Assembly (NCBI GenBank): GCA_044352505.1
Contig: JBILDS010000001.1
Span: 1-38,962, forward strand
Length of the DNA: 38,962 nucleotides
Source of the DNA: Phycisphaerales bacterium
GTDB taxonomy: Bacteria; Planctomycetota; Phycisphaerae; Phycisphaerales; SM1A02
Direction of reading: 5' to 3'
Under the pieces are notes generated by a model. The model was not told the DNA's origin and searched no databases. It was given only the letters and a program-made list of their open reading frames with translations. The position numbers were made by a program, and so were the translations under genes. Shown one piece after another: positions 25,838 to 34,237 of this stretch (positions within the stretch are counted from its first letter, which is position 1; each line of letters opens with the position of its first letter).

Positions 25838-28800
25838 ACTCCGCCGCGAATGCGCGGCTGGTTGTGATGCTCGCCGCCCCCCCAGTCACCGTGCTCGACC
25901 TCTTCGACCGCGCCTGTGCGGCCGAACGCGATGCATGTGCGCTTGATGTGCCCGGCGTTGCGCAGCTTTCCTACCGAGAACTCGACGAGCGCGCGCAGCG
26001 CGTCGCGACCTGCGTGGCGCCGCATGCAGCGCGCGATGCTGTTGTCGCGATCGCACTTCCACGCACCGATCCATGGCTCTATGCCGCGATTCTCGGTGTG
26101 ATGCGTTCGGGCGCAGCGTATGTCGCCATCGACCCCGCGTTTCCCTCGCGACAAGCCGTAGCGATTCTGAGAGATGCAGGCGCAGTTGCACTGATTGCGA
26201 ATCCCGCGCGCGCCGCAGAACTTGCTGCGGAAGGCGCACGCGTTGCACTTCTGTCGCCTGAGCACATTGCAACATCGAACGTGCACAACGCCGTCGCAGT
26301 GCGAAATGCTCCATCGCCCGACGACCTCGCCTATGTGATCTACACGTCAGGTACAACGGGAAAGCCCAAGGGTGTAGAGATCGAGCACCGCTCGCTCCTC
26401 AACCTCGTCGAGGGTGATCTTGCCGAATTCGGCCTTGCAGCCGGCGACCGCGTGGCGCAGGGTTCGAGCGCAAGCTACGACTCGAGCGTCGAGGAGATGT
26501 GGCTTGCGTGGGCGGCGGGTGCCGCCGTTGTCGTGATGGACGATGAGACGGCACGACTTGGGCCAGACCTGCTGCCATGGCTTGTGCGCGAGCGCATCAG
26601 CGTGCTCTGCCCACCGCCAACCTTGCTGCGCACGCTCGGCTGTAGCGACCCCGAACGCGCGTTGCCTGCGATTCGTCTCCTCTATGTGGGCGGAGAGGCG
26701 CTCGCGCCCGACGTTGCGTCGCTTTGGTCGCGCGGTCGTAGACTCGAGAACGGTTACGGCCCGACCGAATGCACCGTGACTTGTCTGCGCGCCACGGTGC
26801 GCGCGGGTGAAGCGGTCACGATTGGTCGCGCAATTCCAGGTTCGTTCGCAGCGGTCGTCGACCCGGACGACGCGAACCTGCGCGAGATCATCGACGAAAC
26901 CCAGGGCGAGCTCGTGGTCGGCGGCGCGTCGCTTGCGCGCGGCTATCGCGGCCAGCCCGAGACCACCGCTGCGCGCTTCGTCGAGCACCCGACGCTTGGC
27001 CGCGTGTATCGCACGGGCGATCTCGTCCACCGCGATTCTCGCGGCGAGTTCCACTACCACGGTCGCATCGACGCGCAGGTGAAGCTGCGCGGCTATCGCA
27101 TCGAACTCGGCGCGGTCGAAGCAGCGCTGGCGGCGCAGCCCGGCGTACTTGACGCGGCCTGTACGGTGGAAGGCGAAGGAGCGCAGCGAAGGCTTGTGGC
27201 GCACGTGGTGGCGCACGCAGGGCACGCGCTCAACAGAGATGTGCTGCGCGCAGCACTCGCGCGGGAGCTGCCGCCCTATATGGTTCCGTCGGCGATCGCA
27301 GCAATCGAGCGCATCCCACGCACGGTCGGCGGAAAGATCGACCGGCGCGCGCTTCCTGCAATCGACACGCGGCGCGAGCCCGACCATGCCACAGCGCATG
27401 CACACCCATCGACCGAGACAGAGCTCCAACTGGCGCGCGCGTTCGCGGCTGCGCTTGGGAGAGATGACACTGTTTCGATCGACGCGGATCTATTCGACGA
27501 CCTCGGCTTCGACTCGCTCACGATCGCGATCGCGATCTCGCGCCTCCGCGCCGCGCACGCGGAGTCTGCCGCGACCGTGCGCACGGCCTACGAGCACCGC
27601 ACGGTACGCGCGCTGGCGGCTGCACTCGACGCGGCGCGCGCCGTCGCCACGCACACGGCACCAGACCGCGCTCACGCCCACCCCGTGACGGGCACTTCGC
27701 GGCCGATCCTTGTCACCACGCTTCAAGCCGCATTCCTCGCGGCGGCCCTTGTCGTCGTGTCGCAGTTCCTGTGGATTCCCGCTGCTGTCGACGCACTGGA
27801 AAGCGCATTCGACAGCGGCATCCACAGCGCACTGCTGCTTGCTCTCTCCGCCGCGGTCGTCACCGCCGGATACCCGCTCGTCGCGGTCGCCTTCGGCGTC
27901 GCAGCGAAGTGGATCGTCCTCGGTCGTGTGAAACCGGGCCGTGTCCGCGCATGGAGCCTCACGCACCTTCGACAGTGGATCGCGGTGCGCTGCGTGGCAC
28001 CGATTCCGTGGGAGACACTGAAGGTCCTCGACCTCGCGCCTACGGTGCTCAGGCTTCTCGGGGCACAGGTTGGCCGCGGCGTCCACATCCATCGCGGCGC
28101 CCGCTTCAACGACGGCGGTTGGGATCTGATCACGCTCGAAAGTGGCGCGACCGTCGGACAGGACGCGTGCCTTCGCGCCGTAGAACTGACAGCGGGCACG
28201 CTGGTCTTCGATCGCGTGACGGTGCGCAGAAACGCCACGCTCGAAACACGCGCCGGCATGTCGCCCGGCGCGGAACTTGGCGAAGGCAGCATCCTGCGCG
28301 CACTCTCGAGCCTTGGGCACGGTGAGGTGCACGAGCACGCGATCCTCGACGGCGTACCCGCACGGCGCATTGCACGCGCACCTGAGCCGCCCACGGTCGC
28401 AGCCCCGCCGCACGCCGCGCTGCGACTTATCGCGGCGCTCGCGCTCATTGCGTTGCTCGCCACGGCGCTCGTCATTCCGTGGACCGCGGCGCTCTGGCTC
28501 TTCGGCGTGTCGCCCGATGCACTGGATCTCTCGCCCGCCAACCTCGCGCGCCTCGCTGGTGCCACCATCGCAGCCGCTGCTGGCGCAGTGCTCATACAAG
28601 CAGCTCTCGTGCGCGCGCTCGGGCCAGCGCCGCGCGGAGCGTTTTCGCTGCACGGCCTCGCGCCGCTGCGGCTTTCACTTCAATCGATGCTCGTCGAAGG
28701 CGCGGGCAAATGGCTCTCGGGCACCATCATGTGGCCGATGTGGCTCAACCTCGCGGGCGCCCGCATCGGAAAATGCTGCGAGATTTCCACCGTCACCGAT

Positions 28801-29802
28801 GTGGTGCCATCGACAGTCGCGATCGACGAAGACACCTTCTTCGCGGATGGAATCTATCTCGGCGGACCCGCGCTCCACGCCGGAACAGCCACGATCGAGC
28901 CGGTCGAGCTCGGGCGCTCCTGCTTCGTCGGCAACCACGCGGTTCTCCCCTCTGGCTCACGGCTCGCGCCCGAGACGCTTGTTGGCATCTCGACGCGCGG
29001 AAGTGGCCTTCCCGACGAAGCGGGCGCGTCGTGGTTCGGCCACCCCGTGTTTCGCCTGCCGCGACGCGAGGTCGTCGACGCCCCGCGCGAACTCACGCAC
29101 GATCCGTCGCTTGTTCGCCGCATCAACCGCTGGGTGTGGGAGCTTGCGCGCTTCGCACTGCCGCTCGGCCCGATCATTGTGGCGCTCCTCTGGTTCCGCG
29201 CGATGGAAGCCGCAAGCGCCACGCAGACGCCCGCGCTCTTCCGCCTCGTCACGCTTCCTCTCGGCGTCCTCGCGGCGCTCGCCTCGCTCGCGGCAGCCCT
29301 CCTCGCGATGAAGTGGATCCTCGTCGGGCGCGTCAAGCCGGGCACGCATCCCCTGTGGAGTTGCTGGTGCAGCCGTTGGGACTTCCTCTACGTCGCGTGG
29401 GGCATGTGGGCCGCGAAACCGCTCGCAGCGCTCGAAGGCACGCTCCTCCTCGTTGTCTATCTGCGCGCGATGGGGTGCCGCATCGGACGGCGCGCACTTC
29501 TCGGCGCAGGCTTCTCGCATGTGGTCGACCCGGACATGCTGCGATTCGGCAACGATGTCACGGTGCAGGCGCTCTTTCAGGCCCATACCTTTGAGGATCG
29601 CGTGCTCAAGATCGACCATGTCCACATCCGTGACGGCGCGACGGTGGGCGCGAACACGGTGATCCTCTATGGCGCGGACATTGGTACTGGTGCCGTCGTC
29701 GCACCGCACTCCGTGGTGATGAAGCGGGAGTTGCTCCTTCCCCGCACGCGCTACGAAGGTGTACCGACCGAACCTGTCGGCACGGTCACACCCGCACACT
29801 GA
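25834..29802 (+). CDS. Pls-type single-module non-ribosomal peptide synthetase (A-PCP, six TM helices, three tandem soluble domains); predicted homopoly(amino acid) synthetase
   Basis: 1322-aa ORF with GTG start at 25834. A-domain motifs: YVIYTSGTTGKPKG, NGYGPTE, YRTGDL, GRIDAQVKLRGYRIELGAVE, GGKIDRRAL. PCP motif LGFDSL (Ser561, nt 27514-27516). Three pairs of hydrophobic helices each precede a soluble ~150-aa segment, and the motif KWIVLGRVKPG / KWILVGRVKPG repeats. No HHxxxDG condensation motif and no thioesterase motif seen. Confidence 0.85.
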   Translation: MNSAANARLVVMLAAPPVTVLDLFDRACAAERDACALDVPGVAQLSYRELDERAQRVATCVAPHAARDAVVAIALPRTDPWLYAAILGVMRSGAAYVAIDPAFPSRQAVAILRDAGAVALIANPARAAELAAEGARVALLSPEHIATSNVHNAVAVRNAPSPDDLAYVIYTSGTTGKPKGVEIEHRSLLNLVEGDLAEFGLAAGDRVAQGSSASYDSSVEEMWLAWAAGAAVVVMDDETARLGPDLLPWLVRERISVLCPPPTLLRTLGCSDPERALPAIRLLYVGGEALAPDVASLWSRGRRLENGYGPTECTVTCLRATVRAGEAVTIGRAIPGSFAAVVDPDDANLREIIDETQGELVVGGASLARGYRGQPETTAARFVEHPTLGRVYRTGDLVHRDSRGEFHYHGRIDAQVKLRGYRIELGAVEAALAAQPGVLDAACTVEGEGAQRRLVAHVVAHAGHALNRDVLRAALARELPPYMVPSAIAAIERIPRTVGGKIDRRALPAIDTRREPDHATAHAHPSTETELQLARAFAAALGRDDTVSIDADLFDDLGFDSLTIAIAISRLRAAHAESAATVRTAYEHRTVRALAAALDAARAVATHTAPDRAHAHPVTGTSRPILVTTLQAAFLAAALVVVSQFLWIPAAVDALESAFDSGIHSALLLALSAAVVTAGYPLVAVAFGVAAKWIVLGRVKPGRVRAWSLTHLRQWIAVRCVAPIPWETLKVLDLAPTVLRLLGAQVGRGVHIHRGARFNDGGWDLITLESGATVGQDACLRAVELTAGTLVFDRVTVRRNATLETRAGMSPGAELGEGSILRALSSLGHGEVHEHAILDGVPARRIARAPEPPTVAAPPHAALRLIAALALIALLATALVIPWTAALWLFGVSPDALDLSPANLARLAGATIAAAAGAVLIQAALVRALGPAPRGAFSLHGLAPLRLSLQSMLVEGAGKWLSGTIMWPMWLNLAGARIGKCCEISTVTDVVPSTVAIDEDTFFADGIYLGGPALHAGTATIEPVELGRSCFVGNHAVLPSGSRLAPETLVGISTRGSGLPDEAGASWFGHPVFRLPRREVVDAPRELTHDPSLVRRINRWVWELARFALPLGPIIVALLWFRAMEAASATQTPALFRLVTLPLGVLAALASLAAALLAMKWILVGRVKPGTHPLWSCWCSRWDFLYVAWGMWAAKPLAALEGTLLLVVYLRAMGCRIGRRALLGAGFSHVVDPDMLRFGNDVTVQALFQAHTFEDRVLKIDHVHIRDGATVGANTVILYGADIGTGAVVAPHSVVMKRELLLPRTRYEGVPTEPVGTVTPAH

Positions 29803-32029
29803 ACGCGCCGCTGCGCAGCCGCAGGCTGTTCGCCACCACGCTCACGCTCGAGAGCGCCATCGCGGCGCTCGCAGCGATCGGCGGAAGCATCCAGCCCGTC
29901 CACGGGTAGAGCGCACCCGCCGCGAGCGGAATGAGGACGAGGTTGTAGCCGAACGCCCACGCGAGGTTCTGGCGAATCACGCGTAGCGTGGCGCGAGAGA
30001 GCGCGATCACCTCGGGAACGCGCCGAAGGTCGTCGGAGACGAGCAGAATGTCGGCGCTTGTCTTCGCGAAATCGGTGCCGCTCGCCATTGCGATCCCGGG
30101 CCGCGCTGCGGCGAGCGCGGCCGCGTCGTTGATGCCGTCGCCGACGAACGCCGCGCCGCGCGGCTCTTCGACGAGTCGCGAGACGAGTTCGGCCTTGCCC
30201 GCAGGCGTCATCGACGCATGCACGGAAGCCGCGTCGATGCGAAGCGCCTCCGCCACCGCCGCGGCAGGGCGCTCCGCGTCGCCCGTCACGAGCAACGGCT
30301 CGACGCAGAGCGCGCGCAGCGCGTCGACCGCCTCCCGCGCATCGGCACGCACGCGGTCCTCGAGCGCGATCGAGCCGACGAACGCGCCGTCGGCCGCGAC
30401 GAAGACGCGCGTGGCGTTCGATGCGCCGGCGTGCGCACCCACCGTCACGCCGCATTCGCGTATCCATGCCGCGTTTCCCACCTCGACTGAATGTGAAAGC
30501 ACGGTTGCATGCACGCCCTTCCCGGCGAACGCTGTGAACGACGATGGCTCCTCGACATGGATCCCGCGCGCGCGCGCAGCGTCAACGATGCCGCGCGCGA
30601 CCGCGTGCTCGCTGCGGATCTCGGCGGCCGCCGCCAGCCCGAGCAACGCCTCCTCGCTCCAGCCATGCGCGGGCGCGACGGCGGTCACCGCGGGGCGCCC
30701 TTCCGTGAGTGTGCCCGTCTTGTCGAACGCAATACGCCCGACCCGCGCGAGGAGCTCGAACGCGTTTGCGCGGCGGAAGAGGACGCCGAGCGCGGCCGCG
30801 CGCCCCGACGCGACCATGATCGCCACGGGTGTCGCGAGGCCGAGCGCGCACGGGCACGCGACCACGAGCACGCTGACGAGCGCTTCGACGGCGCGCGCGT
30901 GGCGAATGTCGGCGGGCGCAAGCAGCAGCCACGCCGCGAACGCGCCGAGCGCGACCACAAGCACGACGGGAACGAACACGGCGGCAACGCGGTCCGCCGT
31001 GCGCGCGATCGACGCCTTGGTCGACTGCGCCTCATCGACGAGCCCCGCGATCCGAGCGAGCATCGTCTCGTCTGCGCCACAGCCCGCCTCGATTTCGAGC
31101 GCGCCGACCGTGTTCAGCGACCCTGCGAAGACGCGGTCGCCCGTTCGGCGCAGGCGCGGCATCGGCTCGCCCGTCAGAAGCGACTCGTCGACCTCGCTCT
31201 CGCCGCGTATCACGGTGCCGTCGATCGGAATGCGCTCGCCCGGCCGCACGACGACATGCATGCCAACCGTGATCTCGGCGGCCGTGATCTCCCGTTCGGC
31301 GCCATCGGCGCGAATACGCGCCATCGGAACGGCCGCAGTCGACAGCGCGCGCAACGCGTCGCCTGCGCGTGCCGTCGCGCGCGCCTCGAGTAGGCGGCCG
31401 AATAAGACGAACACGAGGATCACGGCCGCGGCCTCGAAGGTGAGGGCGTGTCCCGCGTGTTGCGAGTGCCCCGCGAAGAGCGCCCACGTGCTCGATGCGA
31501 AGGCCACGCTCGTTCCGAGCGAGACAAGCGTGTTCATGTCGGCGTCGAAGGTCTTCAGCCGCGCGAGCGCCGCCGCGTGGATCGGCCAGCCGCACCAGAG
31601 ATAGACGGGCGTGGCGAGCGCAAGCTGCACCCACGGCATCGCGGGGCCATCGAGCGCGGGAATGGCGCCGTGCGACATGGCGATTACAACCAGCGGAAGC
31701 GACAGCACGGCGCCGACCACCACGCGCAGCCGAAGCAACCGCGCCTCGGCCACCTCGCGTGCGGCGCGCACCGCGGGGTCGCGCGTGATGTCGAGTGCGA
31801 ATCCCGCGCGCTCAACCGCCCGCGCAAGGCCGGCGAGGTCGACCGCACTGCGGTCGAAGTCGATGCGCGCACGCTTCGTCGCAAACGACACGCTCGCCGC
31901 GCGCACACCCTCGACCGCGCACAGCGCGCGCTCGACCTTCGACGCGCACGCGGCGCAATGCATGCGGTCGACAGGCAGCACGCGCACGGTGGCGTCGTGA
32001 ATCTTCGCAGCTGCCGCCGCGCTCGCCAT
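29786..32029 (-). CDS. copA: Copper-translocating P1B-type ATPase
   Basis: HMA domain (MHCAACASKVERAL), TGE, CPC motif (VACPCALGLATP), DKTGTLT, GDGINDA. I take the ATG at 32029, 5 nt after the thioredoxin stop. The ORF-track start at 32107 would overlap that gene. Confidence 0.9.
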   Translation of the reverse strand: MASAAAAAKIHDATVRVLPVDRMHCAACASKVERALCAVEGVRAASVSFATKRARIDFDRSAVDLAGLARAVERAGFALDITRDPAVRAAREVAEARLLRLRVVVGAVLSLPLVVIAMSHGAIPALDGPAMPWVQLALATPVYLWCGWPIHAAALARLKTFDADMNTLVSLGTSVAFASSTWALFAGHSQHAGHALTFEAAAVILVFVLFGRLLEARATARAGDALRALSTAAVPMARIRADGAEREITAAEITVGMHVVVRPGERIPIDGTVIRGESEVDESLLTGEPMPRLRRTGDRVFAGSLNTVGALEIEAGCGADETMLARIAGLVDEAQSTKASIARTADRVAAVFVPVVLVVALGAFAAWLLLAPADIRHARAVEALVSVLVVACPCALGLATPVAIMVASGRAAALGVLFRRANAFELLARVGRIAFDKTGTLTEGRPAVTAVAPAHGWSEEALLGLAAAAEIRSEHAVARGIVDAARARGIHVEEPSSFTAFAGKGVHATVLSHSVEVGNAAWIRECGVTVGAHAGASNATRVFVAADGAFVGSIALEDRVRADAREAVDALRALCVEPLLVTGDAERPAAAVAEALRIDAASVHASMTPAGKAELVSRLVEEPRGAAFVGDGINDAAALAAARPGIAMASGTDFAKTSADILLVSDDLRRVPEVIALSRATLRVIRQNLAWAFGYNLVLIPLAAGALYPWTGWMLPPIAASAAMALSSVSVVANSLRLRSGAFSVRV

Positions 32030-32034
32030 CGCGC

Positions 32035-32382
32035 TCAGCCGCCGATCTTTCCGACATGCTGCTCGAGCCGTGCCTTCACGGCGGCGCGCGGCATGAAGCC
32101 CGTCCACGAGTCGATCACCTCGCCGTTCTTCATCAAGAAGAGCGCTGGAATGCCGCGCACGCCGAACGCAGCGGCGACCTCGCCCTCAGCGTCGACATCG
32201 CAGAACGCCACGCGCACTTTGCCCTCGAGCTCGGGTGCAAGCGCCGCGAGCTCTGGCTTGAGCATGCGGCACGGTGGGCACCACGACGCCCAGAAGTCGA
32301 CAAGGACAGGCACGGACGATTGGGCGACTTCCTTGTCGAAGTTCGCGCTGGTGGCATGGAACGTGTTGGGAGCGTCAGACAT
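32035..32382 (-). CDS. Thioredoxin with non-canonical WCPPC active site
   Basis: Internal ATG at 32382 gives 115 aa: NFDKEV...VPVLVDFWASWCPPCRML...VRGIPALFLMKNGEV. Typical thioredoxin fold length. The ORF-track upstream extension is not thioredoxin-like. Confidence 0.85.
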   Translation of the reverse strand: MSDAPNTFHATSANFDKEVAQSSVPVLVDFWASWCPPCRMLKPELAALAPELEGKVRVAFCDVDAEGEVAAAFGVRGIPALFLMKNGEVIDSWTGFMPRAAVKARLEQHVGKIGG

Positions 32383-32714
32383 GGAGCCTCGCTTTGGGTG
32401 GTTGTCGCAAGTGCATGCGGCAGGTGGACGCCGCAGGTTGGAGCCGCACGGTACGCGCACGGCGCAGGTTGCGCGGCCTTTGAGGGGTCGCAGGTGGCCT
32501 CGCGTTCCCAATTCCGGCGTCCGAGAAGTCAAGGGGACGGGGAGTTCCACGCGCAAATCGAACCGACAACGCTGTTTGCATGCGCTGTGGGGAACGGTAC
32601 ACTCCCCGATCTTTCGCCAATTCTCTTCGCCCTCGGTTGCCGCGCGCTGCGGAACACTCGGGCGGGGCATTCCCCGGGCAACCAGGCCGGGAAAATAGGA
32701 AGGTCAGGTCGAGC

Positions 32715-32942
32715 ATGAAGAAGGACACCCATCCGAAGTACTACCCCGACTGCAAGGTCATGTTCCGCGGGGAAGTTGTCATGACTGTCGGCGCCACGGT
32801 GCCCGAGATGAATGTCGAAATCTGGTCAGGCTCGCACCCGTTCTTCACGGGTCAGAAGACCTTCGTCGACACCCTCGGCCGCGTCGAGCGCTTCCAGAAG
32901 AAGTTCGCGGGCAACTACTTCGACAAGAACAAGAAGAAGTAA
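32715..32942 (+). CDS. rpmE: 50S ribosomal protein L31
   Basis: Internal ATG at 32715. 75 aa: MKKDTHPKYY...VEIWSGSHPFFTGQKTFVDTLGRVERFQKKF. Confidence 0.9.
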   Translation: MKKDTHPKYYPDCKVMFRGEVVMTVGATVPEMNVEIWSGSHPFFTGQKTFVDTLGRVERFQKKFAGNYFDKNKKK

Positions 32943-32978
32943 TCCCAAGAAGAAGGGGTTCATTGAATCGATTTCGCC

Positions 32979-33013
32979 AAGCAGCCGTCGGAAAGACGGC
33001 TGCTTGTCTTTTT
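32979..33013 (+). terminator. Rho-independent terminator after rpmE
   Basis: Stem aagcagccgtc / gacggctgctt with loop ggaaa, followed by gtcttttt. Confidence 0.85.
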
Positions 33014-33055
33014 GTCTCGCCCGGCCACCCGCCCCACCCGCTACCCCGACATCGC

Positions 33056-33075
33056 TGCACGGCACGTGCCGTGCA
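33056..33075. promoter_or_regulatory. Perfect 20-bp palindrome TGCACGGCAC|GTGCCGTGCA in the prfA leader/promoter region
   Basis: Read directly from the sequence, 17-23 nt upstream of the candidate GTG starts of prfA. Function unknown. Confidence 0.35.
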
Positions 33076-33097
33076 CCGGTCTTACCATGGGGTGACT

Positions 33098-34210
33098 GTG
33101 TCTGCCTCGCCTGCTGCAACTGCTTTCGTTGACGCGCTTCTCCCCGAGAACCTGCGCCGCATCCTCGCGGCACAGCGCGCCGAGGACGACGGCGTCGCAG
33201 CGCAGCTCGAGGATGTCGCCGTCGCCGCCGACCACCGCAAGTCGACAGCGCTCTCGCGGCGCCGCGCGGTGCTCGCCCGCACGCTCGAGCCCCACGCCGA
33301 CCTCGCGCGCGCCGCCACCGAAGTCGCCGGCCTCGACGAACTCATCGCCTCGGGCGACCCCGAGATGGCAGCGCTTGCGAAGACCGAGCGCCCCGCCCTC
33401 GACGCGCGCTGCCGCGAGCTCGCGCAGGAAATCGTCAAGGCGCTCGTCACGAGCGACGAGGCAGCGATCCCGAGCTTCGTGCTCGAGGTCCGCATGGGCG
33501 TCGGCGGCGACGAGGCCGCGCTCTGGGCGGGTGAAGTCTTCGAGATGTACCGCGCCTACGCCGCGCGCCGAGGGTGGCGCTTCGAGGTGGTCGAGACGAA
33601 GCCGGGCGACGCGGGCGGCCTCACCCACGCGATCGCCACGGTCGAGGGCGCGGGCGCGTTCGCAGCGCTCCAGTTCGAGGGCGGCACCCATCAGGTGAAG
33701 CGCGTGCCCGCGACCGAAGCGCAAGGCCGCATCCACACCTCGACCGCGACCGTCGCCGTGATGCCGGAGCCCGAAGAGGTCGACACGGCGCTCGACCCGG
33801 CGGAAGTGAAGGAGATGATGACGACCGCGCAGGGCCCGGGCGGGCAGAATGTGAACAAGGTCGCCACCGCGGTGCACCTCATCCACCTGCCGACGGGCCT
33901 CGAGGTCCGCATGCAGGAGACGCGTTCGCAGGGCCAGAACCGCGAGAAGGCGTGGCGCCTGCTGCGCGCGCGCGTCTACGAGCAGCGCAAGCGCGAGGCC
34001 GACCTGAAGCGCGCCACCGAGCGTCGCTCGATGATCGGCTCCGGCGACCGGGCCGAGAAGATCCGCACCTACCGCTTCAAGGAATCGGTCGCGGTCGACC
34101 ACCGCGTCGAGCAGAGCTTCGCGCTGCCGAAGCTGCTCGCGGGCGAACTCGACCCGCTCATCGACGCGCTCGCCGCGAAGGATGTCGCAGAGCGCCTCGC
34201 TGCGCTGTGA
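33098..34210 (+). CDS. prfA: Peptide chain release factor 1
   Basis: RF1 signatures: LEVRMGVGGDEAALWAGEVFEMY, the PAT tripeptide in VKRVPATEAQGRIHTS, GGQ motif (GPGGQNVNK), and SGDRAEKIRTYRF. The start is uncertain: in-frame GTG at 33098 (preceded by GGGGTGA) or GTG at 33092. The ORF-track TTG at 32963 lies upstream of the rpmE terminator and is rejected. Confidence 0.85.
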   Translation: MSASPAATAFVDALLPENLRRILAAQRAEDDGVAAQLEDVAVAADHRKSTALSRRRAVLARTLEPHADLARAATEVAGLDELIASGDPEMAALAKTERPALDARCRELAQEIVKALVTSDEAAIPSFVLEVRMGVGGDEAALWAGEVFEMYRAYAARRGWRFEVVETKPGDAGGLTHAIATVEGAGAFAALQFEGGTHQVKRVPATEAQGRIHTSTATVAVMPEPEEVDTALDPAEVKEMMTTAQGPGGQNVNKVATAVHLIHLPTGLEVRMQETRSQGQNREKAWRLLRARVYEQRKREADLKRATERRSMIGSGDRAEKIRTYRFKESVAVDHRVEQSFALPKLLAGELDPLIDALAAKDVAERLAAL

Positions 34211-34237
34211 CGCACGCCCGCCCTGGCCCCGCGCCGC

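Noticed and set aside
29988-32698. 538-aa and 416-aa plus-strand ORFs overlapping copA and the thioredoxin gene
   Set aside because: They are shadow frames of a gene with a complete P-type ATPase motif set. The sequences are low-complexity and Ser/Ala/Arg-rich.
32963-33097. TTG start at 32963 giving a 415-aa RF1
   Set aside because: The extension would include the strong rpmE terminator hairpin (32979-33013), and its 43 residues are unlike RF1. I prefer the GTG starts at 33092 or 33098.
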